A DNA stretch of 64,000 nt from contig NC_043010.1 of NCBI RefSeq assembly GCF_006345805.1, forward strand, positions 29,512,001-29,576,000, in the 5' to 3' direction. Shown piece by piece: positions 13,042-27,066 of the stretch. The notes under the pieces are model-generated. The model was given only the letters and a program-made list of their open reading frames with translations. It had not been told where the DNA came from and made no database searches. Position numbers and translations under genes: made by a program. The stretch is from Octopus sinensis. Its lineage: Eukaryota. Numbering within the stretch: the first letter of the stretch is position 1; every line of letters starts with the position of its first letter.

Positions 13042-14115
13042 TATAATTAAAAGTTTTATACTAAGGTGGATATGCACCCATTGCTTATCCTTCCTTTCCA
13101 ACCAAATAGTCTCATGTCAGATAAAAACAATCATAAATTAATATTGTCGTACCGATGTGGTTTCGATTCTAGTTGACCATTATTACTATTATAAGATATC
13201 GTTTTTCAGCAACTTTAAATACACACATAAAGCGAGTATATTAAGCATTGGGGCCGTCTACATGGTCACTGAATCTACTAGAAATGACAGTTAAATTCCC
13301 TCAAATACGACCTACACTCTTAAAATGAAAACACATAATTGAATAAAGTAGTATTTGATCGGAGCTGATAAGCAACTATAAAACAACAGCAATCTATTTC
13401 ACTCATACCCAAAAGTACCGAATATTTTGAGCTCATAAAGATATTAAAAAATAAACAATTTCGTCCTTCTGAGTTCTAAATTAAAATTCTGTTACACTTG
13501 ACATGTCTATATATAAGCAATATATTATGATCGTTCTAATCGATTATATTCTTCTCCGCGGAGGCAGAGTCGAGTCATTAAGAAGTTCACATCGCAATCA
13601 CGAAGTCCTGTGTTTGATATCACTACGTGCCGTCTTGGCCATTCTACCATAGGTTTGAGTTCTCATAAGCTTCGTGGCATGAAATCCGTTGCAGTGTTCT
13701 TTCGAGGTGTCAGTTAATGGGGTCACATGCAGATGAGTATGTGCATTCACCAAGAAAGATCACCAGTGATGATGAGGTTCTATGCGTTTACTCGGTGATG
13801 GTTTGAGCCTATCATTTTCTCAATGATGGTGACTTCCTGTGATTTCCTCAATGAGAGTGAGGGCCTATGAGTTCCTTAGGAACGGTAAGGATGCATGATC
13901 TCCTGAGTGATGGTGTGAACCTAGCATTACGATAGCATATATAACACACAAAACACACAAACATACAAAGATACTCTCTCACACACAAACACATACAGGG
14001 AGACACTCGGTATGGGCCTAGTATTAAAATAACAAATATTACACACAAACACACAAACATACACGTACACATAAAGATACTCACACACAAACACACACAC
14101 TGTAATACTCAATCA

Positions 14116-14155
<40 letters not shown>

Positions 14156-14845
14156 AATGCACTCAATCACTCTCATACACAGATACACTCAGTCATTCAT
14201 ACCAATGCAACAATCACACACTCACGCGCACAAACACAAACACACACACACTCACAGAACGTACCGACTCAACAGACAATAAGAACTGATGTTGGTGATA
14301 TATGCTTTTATGACAACACCCCCGTAGTTATTCCATTCAAGCAGAAATGCCTTTTTACAAGTATTTACATGTTGGCCAGCAGTATTGGCTGAGAGAAGTT
14401 CAGTCATTGTAAATTGCAATCTAACTTTTCGAAAATCAATAAACAGCATAAAATAATTGCCATTGCACCTTGCACTGCAAACAAGTTAACAATACATACT
14501 GCAAAAAGCGTATCTTAACGATTTCTTGAATCGATGACAAATAATGATTTCCTAGAATGGCACAAGGTCTCGATCCACCCGATAAAGGAATTGCATTGTC
14601 AACAACATCGATCCGAATATATACCTTTTTTTTTTTGTTGCTTCGTTTTTTCGACCAGTTGCGGAAATATGTTGACTCTGGCAGGTTTTGAACATCTAAC
14701 GTAAACAAATGAAACTATAGTTGAGCAGTTAGTCTGGCTTTCGACTGTTTCTGTCATTCAATAAACATTTATGGCCGATGTATAAATGCATCTTAATACT
14801 GGACTTATGAAATCTCATTACACGTTATGAAAACTCATTACACAT

Positions 14846-15020
14846 ACGTTAATTTATGACCATTAAAATCAAATTAATTCTGATTATTAAAATCACGTTA
14901 ATTTATGACCATTAAAATCACATGAATTCTGATTATTAAAATCACGTTAATTTATGACCCTTAAAATCACGTCAGTTTCTGATCATTAAAATCACATTGA
15001 CTCACGTTAATTTGTGACGT
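14846..15020. repeat. Minisatellite, ~49-bp unit made of two ~24-25-bp subunits
   Basis: Repeated cacgttaatttatgaccattaaaat alternating with cacatgaattctgattattaaaat. Confidence 0.85.
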
Positions 15021-16079
15021 TTAATGGTTTCACATTTTGGCAAAAGTCTAACAATTTTAGAGAAAGTAGAGGCTGATTTACATCGACTCCAGTGCTTAAT
15101 TGGTACTTATTTTATCGACCTCGGGAGATGAAAGGCAAAGTTGATGTTAGGACCGATGGTAAAGAGCGAGGGAAATTCTGTTGAGCATTCTGTCCGGCAC
15201 GGTAACGAATTTGCCAGCTTGCTACACCCCTGTGACGTATATCACGTTAATATATCATTGATATCTAATTTTGTTCAATAATATCAAAGTTAATTGTTGA
15301 CTAATCGTAGCATATTAATCCTCGTTATTTCCAAGAAATAAGAAAAATCTCTAAGAATAACAAATTAATTTCTGGTTTCTAATAATGTTAATAGTCGTCT
15401 ATGTCATGGTACTCTTTAGGCTCATTGAAGTAGCGTGTAAATGGGTGGGTATTCCACGGACACAAATACTGCTAATATATTTCTCAGGCGGAATCAGTAA
15501 TAACCAGGCCAGACCTTTAGATTGCAATCTATTAGATGGGTTTCTATACAGTTTCCACCTATCCTAGATTTATTTACAAGCTAAGTCGAACTAAGGTTAT
15601 AGAAAATGATACGTCACGGAGCGTTAACGAAATCGGGGCCTAATGATTGTGAAGAAGCTTCTTTTTGTTTTAAAAAATCATTCAGTCATACTTTAGCTAC
15701 AATTAAAATAGTTACTTTTACCATTTTTAAAGCATTCTCAAAAATCTGAGAAGTAATTACGTGACGAAAAAAGAAAACATTAACTCAATGTTTGATATTA
15801 TTTTTAATCATTGTTTAAATCATTATTTTAATCATTTCAACTACTATGGGAGACAATTTACAACCTCTTTCGATATAACTGAACCGCCTCCTCAACAAAG
15901 ACAGTTTTCATCTTACTAACCAATTTAGTGAGGAGAGAATCATTAAATTTATGAAAAATACTAGGCACGAACTGTATGCAAAATAGAAAACTATTAAATA
16001 ACAACTTAACTAAGATTGATTAATTTAGTGCGCTTCGAAGTTTCCTGAACATTTCGCTCATGCTGATTATATATATATA

Positions 16080-16150
<71 letters not shown>

Positions 16151-16509
16151 GTTATAAATTAGTACAATCAGTAAAACGTTGTCATTATAGTACTCAGAGT
16201 TTCGAATGCCGGAGCGAAGAGCTAAGATACATTATTGTCGGCTATATATATAATATATATATATATATTCAGCATGAGCGAAATGTTTATCAGGGTGAAC
16301 AAAAATGTTCATCAGGGTAGACATGCAAACAGAAAGAAAGTAAAGACTGACGATTTTCAGATGATGAATATTTAAGTATAAATGTATAGGAAAGATTTTT
16401 CTCCTCAAATTTATGAGGGCCTCGTCATAAAGATCTCACAAGCCCTAAAGTAAATGGAATGTGATGGGCCAACGCCCATCTCCATCCAAGGTAAGTAAAA
16501 AGTTTTCTC

Positions 16510-19500
16510 AGCGTAGGGTGTTTAAATGTTCATGGCCTGGGGTTGAATTGGAAATAAGGGCGTTTCCTCAATGACCTCAGGTCGTATAGATTAGATGTGA
16601 TAGTAGTTACAGAAACCTGGCTGAATGGACCGAGAGGCTTCCCCACTCCTAAACGGCTACGAAAAATCTATTTCTCCAGGCCAGCCTGGAGTGGGTGTCG
16701 CGGTTCTGTTCAGGAAAAATTTGGGTTTAGAGCTAAGAGTAATCTTTGTTGATCCGAAAGGCAGGCTGGTCCTTGGCGTGATGCACAGCAGTGGTAAGTC
16801 TTTCAGGCTAGTGGCTGTTTATGCCCCCTCGAGGGATGGACAGTCACACGCGTAGATTGTGTTGTCCCATGTACGTATGGGAGTGGAAACCCGTGCCTCC
16901 TCGATCTGCTTATGCATTTCCAGCTGGCACATCAGTATAGACTAGAATACTCGGACGCTCCATTGTGGACACAGATGAATAACAACGGGTCTTCGAGGTC
17001 TTATATCGATAGGTTATTCGTTAGACGTATAGATAAAGATTTAGTTAGATGTCCACAACTTCATTACGTCGACTACAGTGACCACAAGCTTGTGACCAGT
17101 AAGTTTGACTTAGATAAGTTACGTAGACAAGGTCCCGGCTATTGGAAACTCAACAAGTCCCTTTTGGCTGATGAGAATTACAGGAGTCGGATTAGGTTGT
17201 TAGTGACGAGGGCATTGACCGGTGCCATAATAAACAATGAATGGTGGTATGTCCTCAAAAGAGCCATAAAGTTCGAGTTCATTAGATATAGTAAAGCGTT
17301 AATCGCTAGGAAAAACAGAATAGAAAGGGACTTAGCTAAGGATTTAGAAAAGGCACTGAGGTCTGATTCTGCGCCCCAAGTTTTGGCGGCGAGAGTGGTT
17401 CTCAACCAACACCTCGAAGCTAAACACGACGGGTGCATAGTCAGGGCAAAGCAACGTGTAATGGGACAGGAAGGCGACCGGCCCGTGGGATAGAAACGCA
17501 ACGGGGCAATGACGCCATAATAAGGTCTTTGACGAACCAACAGAACTTGGTAAACGAATCCGAGGGGATATGTAAACTCTTTCAGGAGTATTTCGCTCAG
17601 CTTTTCGTGGGGGCGGTGGACCGGAGTGCAGGAGGGGCCGCATGGACTTCCTCGCTGGTTCTTCGCGTTTCTCGGGGCTGGAGGCAGAATGCTGTGAAGG
17701 GCCGATCACAGCTGCGGAGATGGAGGAGGCTTTGTTGGCCTGCAGCGGGAGCAAGTCACCGGGGTTTGATGGTCTTCTCTTCGAGCTATGTTATAGTATG
17801 CCAGACTTGTTTGGGCACCTACTTGCATGTGTCTGTGCCAACTGACAACAGAATGGGTTTATACCCAGATCTGTGAGCCGGGGCGGGTTTGACACTGCTA
17901 AGAATGAACCCAAACAAGGGGGACTTTGTAGAGAATTTCGGGTCCGTCACTCTGCTTAACACGGAGCTGAAGATTTTCGCCAAGGTACTATCGAAAAGGA
18001 TGGCGCGTGTCACGGGTGGACTCGTCTGAGAGGCACAAACGTGTGTCATTCCCGGTAGATCCATCCAGGACAATCTCCATCTACGCTAAACCTTAGAGAG
18101 GGTTAATAGAATTCCTGGCAAGGTTGGGGCTTTGGTCCATTTAGACCAGTCTAAAGCTTTTGACAGGGTTGACCATCGGTATCTGGTGTCGGTCCTTGCA
18201 GCATTAGGGCTGGACCTCGGTTTCCTTAATTAACATCGATTCGATTGTTCAGGTGAACGGTTTCCTTTTGGAACCGTTCTGTATCAAGCGCTCGCTATGG
18301 CAAGGATGTCCTCTCTCTCCTTGCCTCTCGAGACCTTGCTGCAGAACTTGGAGGCTATGAAGGGCGTCCCACGAGATCTAATTTGTGGAAAATCTGTTTC
18401 GGCGTACACGGATGACATCACCATCATCGTATCCGAGTTCAAACATCTACAGAGGGTATGTGAGGCCATTAAGGAATACGAGGCAGTGGCAGGAGTAAAA
18501 ATGAACTGTGAGAAGTCAGTCGGCTTGCAACTCGGTACCTGGAGGGGCAAGTCGATACCTCCCAAATGTTAAAAGTCTGGTTTGGTCTGGACCTCCAGAT
18601 AGAGAGGATCCGGCGCGAGATGACGAGCACGGTGACCCTCCTCACTCAAACATGGTCTGAGCGGTGGCATCCCTGAAAAGGAGTTGGGAGGCCGCAAATG
18701 AGTTTATCGCATCTGTGATTACCTACCGTCTAACCGTCGGGCCTTGCCCCGATTCGTGGGTAAACAAGTTGGAACGGCTTCTCTTCCAGTTTTTGTTAGG
18801 GAGAGAGGTTCTTATTGTAAGGCGCTCTATCTGATGCCAAAAAACCGCTTAATGGTGGGTTAGGGATGCTGTGACTAATGATGTGCAGACATGCGTTGAG
18901 GCGAAGGCATCTCTGGCTCTACCTGGATGGTGAATAGGTGTGGTATCCGTTCGTCAAGGCGATTTTTCCTAGGTTCACTAGTTTTAGTGGACCGAAACCT
19001 TGGATTAAATGTAGACCGAAAGCAGGGGCTTGGAAGGCCGAATCCAGCCAGGCTCTCCGTCTCCTCTCTCGTACGGATGGCGCCGGTGGTCAGGGTTCCA
19101 CCTATAGAGGGTTGGTAGAGACAAAGTGTGACGATACTCTGGGAAATATCCTGGGTCTCGACGATGGTCAACTGGCTGGCTTGTTCCGACGAACATTCCA
19201 ACCAGGGTCCTTGGATGGCTTCCAAAAGTCCCTGGCTTGACAGTGGTTACAGAGGAGCCTTACCTGTTCGTGATAAACTCGCAGGGCATGGAGGTCAGTC
19301 CACGCCCACTTGCCCAAAATGTGAGTAGGACAGGGAAACTGTCCTGCATGCTATTGTACAGTGTCCGAAAACCTCGAAATTGTGGGTTTACGTCGAACAG
19401 CTGCTGTACCGTCTGGGAAGAGTACTGCAGTAGTCCGAATCAATCATTAAGTTTGTTACGCCGTCTTCCTTTAACAAGGAAGAAAAAGTTTTGTTTTCTC

Positions 19501-19910
19501 GTTGTAATTTCTATGGCGAAAGAGGCAGTATGGAAGTCTCGTTTGAAAGGAGTGGCGACAAGCGTCTTCATCTCCAGTCGGGGTTTGGTAACGTTCTTTA
19601 TTTTCCATCTCAAATGGAAAATACGGCGGGAGAGATGTCTGTCGTCTGCGACAAATGATGGAAGAAAGTGGTACGAATGACCAGACTATGAAGAGAAATT
19701 AAAAGGTCTCAGTGGTGGAACGGAGATTGTGGGGTCGGAACCGTCCTTCACTTCATTGTATTGTCCTTTTGTTCGTCTAAAGCATACGATATATTTTGCG
19801 TAATTTTTTTTAATGTCCATTTTTGCGTAAAGCTCATCCGTTTTTATCGACCCGTGTTTTGTATCGTCCCCTCTGTGTTGGCCCCTGATGGGTAATTAAA
19901 AATAAAACGA
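16510..19910 (+). mobile_element. Decayed Tx1/L1-clade LINE ORF2 (APE, RT, C-terminal Zn region)
   Basis: Motifs CLNVHG, VTETW, VAVYAP, YSDHKLV, GPGYWKLNKSLL, KSPGFDGL, DQSKAFDRVDH, YTDDIT and TCPKC. Numerous frameshifts; A-rich end near 19900. Confidence 0.9.
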
Positions 19911-20237
19911 AAAATTGTCAGAATGTGATTTTTGAATGAGGATACCTTTCCCGATGAAGGGGACATTGTCTGCTTGGATTGTAAAATTTCTCTTAATTTT
20001 TCTACCAGCCCATGAACACGGGAAACTGCCGTAGAAAGTAATTTTCCTCTGATTGTATTATATTCTATTTATATTTTTAAAAAAACAGATTTATCAATAA
20101 AAATTTTTAGACACTCTGAATTTTACATTATTTACATTAGATGGATATTTGTCCTCATCTTGTTTGCTGTTAATACAACGTTTCGGCTGATATACCCTCC
20201 AGCCTTCTTCAGGTGCCTTGCGGAAATTTTGAACCTG

Positions 20238-20412
20238 GTTACTCATTCGTAAGGTATTTTTCGATGTTGTTGTTGTTGTTCAGGTCACTGCTTGGAATCG
20301 AACTCGGAATCTTGGCCATGGGCATATGGCGTAGTGGTTAAGAGCGCGGGCTACTAACCCAAGATTCCGAGTTCGATTCCAAGCAGTGACCTGAACAATA
20401 ACAACAACAATG

Positions 20413-20479
<67 letters not shown>

Positions 20480-20507
20480 CATCGAAAAATACCTTACGAA
20501 TGAGAAC
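20238..20507. mobile_element. tRNA-derived SINE head with an inverted partial copy (fold-back)
   Basis: A-box TGGCGTAGTGG and B-box GAGTTCGATTCC at ~20325-20385. 20242-20320 is the reverse complement of 20362-20505 apart from an (AAT)n expansion. Confidence 0.75.
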
Positions 20508-20529
20508 CCTATATATATAGCATTAATAA

Positions 20530-21032
20530 ATCTCCGAACGAGATGTAACCGCTCGACAACGTAAAGTGTAATAGCCATCTCAATGTGGCTAGCCACTGGG
20601 GGTGGGTGTTACTGAAGCTTTTAACTTCAGGAGATCATCGTCTCCAGCTGGCTTTAGACACACCTTCTGTGGCCTTCTGATATTCGCAAAGGGAGGTCAT
20701 CCCCTCTCGAAAACCTAAGTGATACGCACGGACTATAGTTTCGAGGTTTTTGTCTCTCGTCAACGTACGGTAATCATCGGTTTTCGATTGGAGAGACCTG
20801 TTTGCGAATATCTATTTAATGTTTTTCCCAGCAACCACTGTCACTGATTTCGAAAAACTGTCTGAAAGCATTAATCAGAAGAGCACAGAAAGTGTGTCTA
20901 AAGCCAGCTGGAGACGATGATCTCCTGGAACTAAAAGCCTCAGTAACACCCACCTTCAGTGGCTAGCCACATTGAGATGGCTAGTACACTTTACGTTGTC
21001 GAGCGGTTACTGTTTACATCTCGTTCGGAGAT
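20530..21032. mobile_element. MITE/fold-back element with ~150-bp TIRs
   Basis: atctccgaacgagatgtaaccgctcgacaacg... is mirrored by ...cgttgtcgagcggttac...catctcgttcggagat. No clear TSD. Confidence 0.8.
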
Positions 21033-21356
21033 GTTTGTTTTCGTTTGGTTTCCTTGTATGTCTCCACTGTCCTGTTTATGTTATTAACTTTGACCCACCG
21101 TAAATCCCAAATGTTATTTTGGTTTTTGCATGAGCAACTGCCTTCGAAGATACATATTGTCTTTCAATGCTCGAAATAAGGAGTAAATGGACAGCCGACA
21201 ACTGATGAATGGTCATTCTTTATGTTGCATGTCCTGTTTTTCATTTGTTTCTCTCGTTGTTTGTGTATTCAACTCATTTGTTTTCGTATTTCAGTTTGCT
21301 TACGGTTTGTAATGTCCTGTACCCATATATATATATATATATACATATGCATATGT

Positions 21357-21745
21357 GGAGGCGCAATGGCCCAGTGGTTAGGGCAGCGGACTCGCGGTCG
21401 TAGGATCGCGGTTTCGATTCCCAGACCGGGCGTTGTGAGTGTTTATTGAGCGAAAACACCTAAAGCTCCACGAGGCTCCGGCAGGGATGGTGGTGATCCC
21501 TGCTGTACTCTTTCACCACAACTTTCTCTCACTCGTACTTCCTGTTTCTGTTGTGCCTGTATTTCAAAGGGCCGGCCTTGTCACTCTCTGTGTCACGCTG
21601 AATATCCCCGAGAACTGCGTTAAGGGTACACGTGTCTGTGGAGTACTCAGCCACTTACACGTTAAATTCACGAGCAGGCTGTTCCGTTGATCGGATCAAC
21701 CGCAACCCCCGTCGTCGTAACCGACGGAGTGCTTCCATCCATCCA
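21357..21745 (+). mobile_element. Full-length tRNA-derived SINE
   Basis: A-box TGGCCCAGTGG and B-box GGTTTCGATTCC in the head, then a ~300-bp body. Partial copies at 21915-21950 and 51940-52025 (minus). Confidence 0.85.
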
Positions 21746-21948
21746 TCCACATATACATATACATATTTATTTATATTTCCTGAGCGCCATACTAATACAA
21801 TTGTTTGTTTGTATTCCACCTGCCTTCGTCTTTTGTTTATTTCCGTAAACCTGCCTTCGTCTTTTGTCTATTTTCATAAAGCTTCCCGTTATATATATAT
21901 ATTTATATATATATGTGAGTGTTTATTGAGCGAAAACACCTAAAGCTC

Positions 21949-22033
<85 letters not shown>

Positions 22034-22071
22034 ATGTACATATTTATATGTATGCATATATATTATGTATA

Positions 22072-22109
<38 letters not shown>

Positions 22110-22124
22110 TATATATATATGTAA

Positions 22125-22644
22125 ACAGTAAAAAATAAATACAGACATGGACAAGAACATGAAACACTAAAGAGACGACACAAGAACCACAGGACGGGAC
22201 ATTCGAAGCCCTCAGTCATCAGTCAAGAACCAGATCATCTTCGCAATTTCGGCTGATTAATCTTGAGATTGCTCCGATCTGGGCAGCCCCCCAAAGGAAA
22301 ATCTAAGCCAAGCGCATTAGATACCTTGGAAGAAAGCTTCGAATGTATACAACACGAGGACGGAAAACGAACGGAGTACACGAACAAAAATACAGAATAC
22401 GTGACACCAATAAGAATACAAAAACGTAAAAACAATAACGGTAAAGATAAAAAACAAAACAAAACCAGGACGTAGGACAAGGGTCTTTCGACAGGACGAG
22501 TTGAGTTGGGGCTGGCTTATGAAGTAGTGCCTAATGGCCGCAGGGAGACGAACAAATACGTGTTGCTTCGACGACAGCTGGAACGAAAAGGGCGCTCAGC
22601 AGTGGCTAGCGGTCACGTGAGAACACAAGACAGGAGAAAGGGAC

Positions 22645-22645
<1 letters not shown>
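22125..22645 (-). mobile_element. Dispersed non-coding repeat, same family as 41120-41640 and the tandem array 46723-48340
   Basis: Shared blocks ggtcacgtg, ctcgtcctgtcga, atcagccgaaattgcgaagat and cttgactgatga...ttcgaatgtc. Confidence 0.75.
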
Positions 22646-22688
<43 letters not shown>

Positions 22689-22691
<3 letters not shown>

Positions 22692-22845
22692 CGCAGGAAT
22701 GGCTGTGTGGTAAGAAGCTTGCTTCCCAACTACATGGTTCCGGTTTCAGTCCCACTGCGTGGCACCTTGGGCTAGTGTCTTTTACTATAGCCTCGGGCCG
22801 TCCAAAGCTTTGTTAGTGGATTTGGTGGACGGAAGCTGAAAGAAA
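22689..22845 (+). mobile_element. SINE head fragment
   Basis: aggcgcaggaatggctgtgtggtaag...ccactgcgtggcaccttgggc, near-identical to 35703-35870. Confidence 0.8.
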
Positions 22846-22941
22846 GAAATATTCAATATCTATTCACCACCTCTAACACTCTATACATACATACACACAG
22901 ACACACACATATATATATACGTACATATATATATATCCTAT

Positions 22942-22976
22942 GTTTCTGACGAAGAGCTCCGCTCGAAACGTTAAAC
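22942..22976 (+). ncRNA. Minimal type I hammerhead ribozyme motif (Penelope-associated type)
   Basis: GTTT-CTGACGA-A-GAGC(TCC)GCTC-GAAACGTT-AAAC. It has the conserved CUGANGA/GAAA core, a 4-bp stem I, a 4-bp stem II and a palindromic ACGU stem III. Confidence 0.65.
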
Positions 22977-24497
22977 CCTCCTTCTTCCCTTCCTTCCTGA
23001 GCGTCCAATAATACTATATTTGTTCCACATCCTCGCGTTGTTGTGTTTTGTCTTTGCGTTTTCATGTTTGTATTAACTATAAATATATATATATATATAT
23101 ATGCGTGTGTGTGTGTGTGTGTGTATGTATATATATATAATACATTTGAAATAAAGTTTCCCCAAAATATAATAAATGTGAATGTCAGAGTTTCACACTT
23201 TTTCAACTTTAATAGTAACCGGTACTAATTTTGTCGATACCGAAAGAATGAAAGACAAAACCGACCTCGGCAGAATTCGAACTCAAAACCCAACGGCGGA
23301 CGAAATACCGCTAAGCATTTCGCCCGGCGTGCTAACGATTCCGCCAGCTCACCACCTTAATAAAATATAATATAATCTTGTCTACTCTAGGCACACGGCC
23401 CGAAATTTTGAGGGAGGGGGCCAGTCGATTCGATCGACCCCAGTACGCAACTGGTATTTAATTTATCGACCCCGAAAGGATGAAAGGCAAAGGCAGCCTC
23501 AGCGGAATTTGAACTACTTGCACTTGCCTAATCTAATTTGAGGAACTGCAACTTCAAAGATAAGAGTTGCTGTATGTTGGAAGGTAAGTGTCTTGAAAAA
23601 GGAATCGTTTATAGAGCTAATGTGCAAGTAGATGACTCAAAAGAATATAAACTTACACAGGGACTTCGGAAAATTCATTCAAGGCTCGGTTTTATATATG
23701 TGTGTATATGTATATATACATATATATGTACATATATATATTTGTATATGTCTATATATCAGGGCATGTATTTACCTACATATTTATTTGTATATTTGTA
23801 TGCGTGTCTATATGTGTGTATATTTGTATGTATGTTTGTAATTATGTAGATATGCATGTCGTTTTATGTGTGCGTTTTGCAAGCTGAACGAAGTATCTAA
23901 CTTTCGTTAGATAGTTATAGGAATGCTAGTTATTTCACTCTCTCTACTTCTATCTATTTCCCTTTCTCTCTCTAATTTTCTGCGGTTTTTTTTTCTTTTT
24001 CCTTTTTTTCTTTCTCCCCCACTTGTTATTCTCTGATTTTTTCCCCTTTCTTTCTCTCGCCTGTAACAACTAAGTTGTGTAAGCATACACCAGGAGGTTT
24101 TATGTGCGTGCGTGTGTGCATATATATGCGTGCATACATATATATGCATTTGTATATATTTGTGTTTTGCCTATATATATATATATCTGTATATGTACGT
24201 AGCCATGTACCAACGCCTGTATATTTTGTGCATATACGTATATTATAGGCTGTTTGGTATGTGTATGTATTTCTAAATGCATATGTATTTTAGCGTGAAA
24301 GTTTTTTTTAAAAATACATCTTTTAATTTGTTATTATTTTTACAACTAAATAACTTTATCTTGCTCCTAAACAAAACTGTCCGATAAAAGGGAATGTGAA
24401 ACTTTGAGTAACAGTTTTGTGATATTTTTACTGCTTTTTAATAAAGCATCTTACCTATGGTATTCGAGTACTATTTTTCCAACTTATTTCGCATTTA

Positions 24498-25268
24498 TGT
24501 GGTTACAGGATGCTCACGCCTTTCCAGAAGCAAGAACGCATCGAATGCTCGAGGATGAATTTGAAGATGTGCCAAGAAGATGAGTCAACATTTTTAAAAA
24601 GACTGATTACACCGGATGAAACCTGGGTCCATCACGATGATCCAGAGACCAAAGCCCAGTCAATGCAGTGGAAGCACCGTGACTCACCCCCTCCAAAGAA
24701 GGCAACGGTGCAGCCCTCCACTGGCAAGGTCATGCTCACAGTCTTCTGGGACCAGGACGGAGTAGTGATGACAGATTTCCTGGCAAAAGGTACCACAATT
24801 ACAGGAGTCTATTATGCTTCACTTTTGAGGAAATTAAGAGAAGTTATCAAAATCAAGAGGCGGGGCAAGATCAGCAAAGGCATCCTCCTCCTGCAGGACA
24901 ACGCTCCGGTCCACAACTCGCTTGTCGCCAGATCAGAAGCACAGGCGTATGGCTATGAACTCCTCCCCCATCCCCCCTACTTTCCTGACTTTGCACCCTC
25001 TGATTTCCCCTCTTCCCAGTCATGAAGTTGTTTTTGAAAGGAAAGCGTTTCCCAGATGATGCAGCCTTGATTTCTGAAGTCACGTTGAGGTTGGAGGGCC
25101 AAGCTGGGGTCTTCTACAAAAACGGTCTCCAGAGCTGCATCAAACGATGGGAGAAATGCGTAACTCTGGGGGCTTCCTATGTAGAAAAAGACTAGTAACT
25201 GTGCCAAGTTTCGTTGCTCTACTGCTATGGGAAGTGGGTCAGGGGCATTACATATTGAACGCCCCTCG
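24498..25268 (+). mobile_element. 5'-truncated mariner (DD34D) with 3' TIR
   Basis: ORF 24510..25025 contains ITPDETW, MLTVFWD, LQDNAP and [13 protein letters not shown], with 34 aa between D2 and D3. It ends acatattgaacgcccctcg|TA. Confidence 0.92.
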
Positions 25269-25326
25269 TATGTATATATATGTATATAAGTGTATGTATA
25301 TGTATAGATATATATGTATATATATG

Positions 25327-25430
<104 letters not shown>

Positions 25431-25454
25431 TATGTATACATATAAATGTACATG

Positions 25455-25567
<113 letters not shown>

Positions 25568-25599
25568 GAATATATATGCATATATGTATGTATATATAT

Positions 25600-26110
25600 T
25601 TTTTATCTAGTTTCAGCTCACGAACTGTGGCCATGCTGGGCCACCGCCATTTGGTGTTGCTACATAATTTCACTTCGCGAGTGTTTTTTAGGAATTGACA
25701 TTTGGTGCATGAGGGAGTTCGATGCCGCTGCCCTCATCTGCACCTCCTGCCGCGAAGTTGTTTCATCAGGAACACTTGACAGTAAGAGGTCCAGTTTTAT
25801 TTTAAAGACACCAACATCCAACCCATGCAGCTCTCTCAGGTCCTTCGGGAGGATATTGAAGAGCTGTGGACCTCTGAAGCCCAGGCTATTGCAGTATCTT
25901 GTTCTGCATCTTGATGGCAAATTTGGAGTCCTTGGCACTATGCAGTGGCGCCCAGTTCTAGTATTTGTGTAACTCTCGATGCCAAAGTTTGGGACAAGTC
26001 CTTCTAGGATCTTCCAGATGTATATTATGGCATATCTTTCTCGCCTACGCTCTAAGGAATAGAGTCTTTCACAGTAGCTTATATGCTCTGTAGAAGCTAT
26101 CTTCTTCGTG
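25600..26110 (-). mobile_element. 3' fragment of the CR1-type LINE family
   Basis: Diverged copy of 27945-28470; both encode [30 protein letters not shown]. Confidence 0.9.
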
Positions 26111-26132
26111 TATATATGTATAAATGTGAATA

Positions 26133-26210
<78 letters not shown>

Positions 26211-26499
26211 ATTAGAAATATTGAATTTCTAAATGCCTCAGAGACTGACTACCCTGAACTGACGACGAGAAATACACTCAGAAACATATGTCTTCAGGTG
26301 CTCAGTCCCAGCTGGCGGGGGGGATTGCCTCCTCTTTGCAAATATAAGGACACAGAAAATATGTCAAAGCCGACAGGAGACGTCGATGTTTCCTAGGGCT
26401 AAATGGCGGTGGTGTAATTCCCTTACGGGACTGTCACATTGAGTTGAGAGTATACGACCACTATATATATATATATGTTTATATATATAAATGTACATA

Positions 26500-26584
<85 letters not shown>

Positions 26585-26598
26585 TATATATATGTATG

Positions 26599-26634
<36 letters not shown>

Positions 26635-26660
26635 ATATATGCATATATATATATATATAT

Positions 26661-26728
<68 letters not shown>

Positions 26729-27016
26729 GTACATTTATATATATAAACATATATATATATATAGTGGTCGTATACTCTCAACTCAATGTGACAGTCCCGT
26801 AAGGGAATTACACCACCGCCATTTAGCCCTAGGAAACATCGACGTCTCCTGTCGGCTTTGACATATTTTCTGTGTCCTTATATTTGCAAAGAGGAGGCAA
26901 TCCCCCCCCCCCGCCAGCTGGGACTGAGCACCTGAAGACATATGTTTCTGAGTGTATTTCTCGTCGTCAGTTCAGGGTAGTCAGTCTCTGAGGCATTTAG
27001 AAATTCAATATTTCTA

Positions 27017-27066
<50 letters not shown>

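Noticed and set aside
14270-14630. Non-repetitive segment with hydrophobic translations (possible pseudogene or exon)
   Set aside because: Stops occur in the candidate frames and no family motif is recognisable; a tBLASTx search would be needed.
14846-15020. CRISPR-like repeat array
   Set aside because: Eukaryotic context, no unique spacers and no cas genes.
20322-20392. tRNA gene-like sequence (also 21357-21430)
   Set aside because: The A and B boxes are present, but the acceptor and anticodon stems do not pair properly and the sequence continues into repeat bodies, so these are SINE heads.
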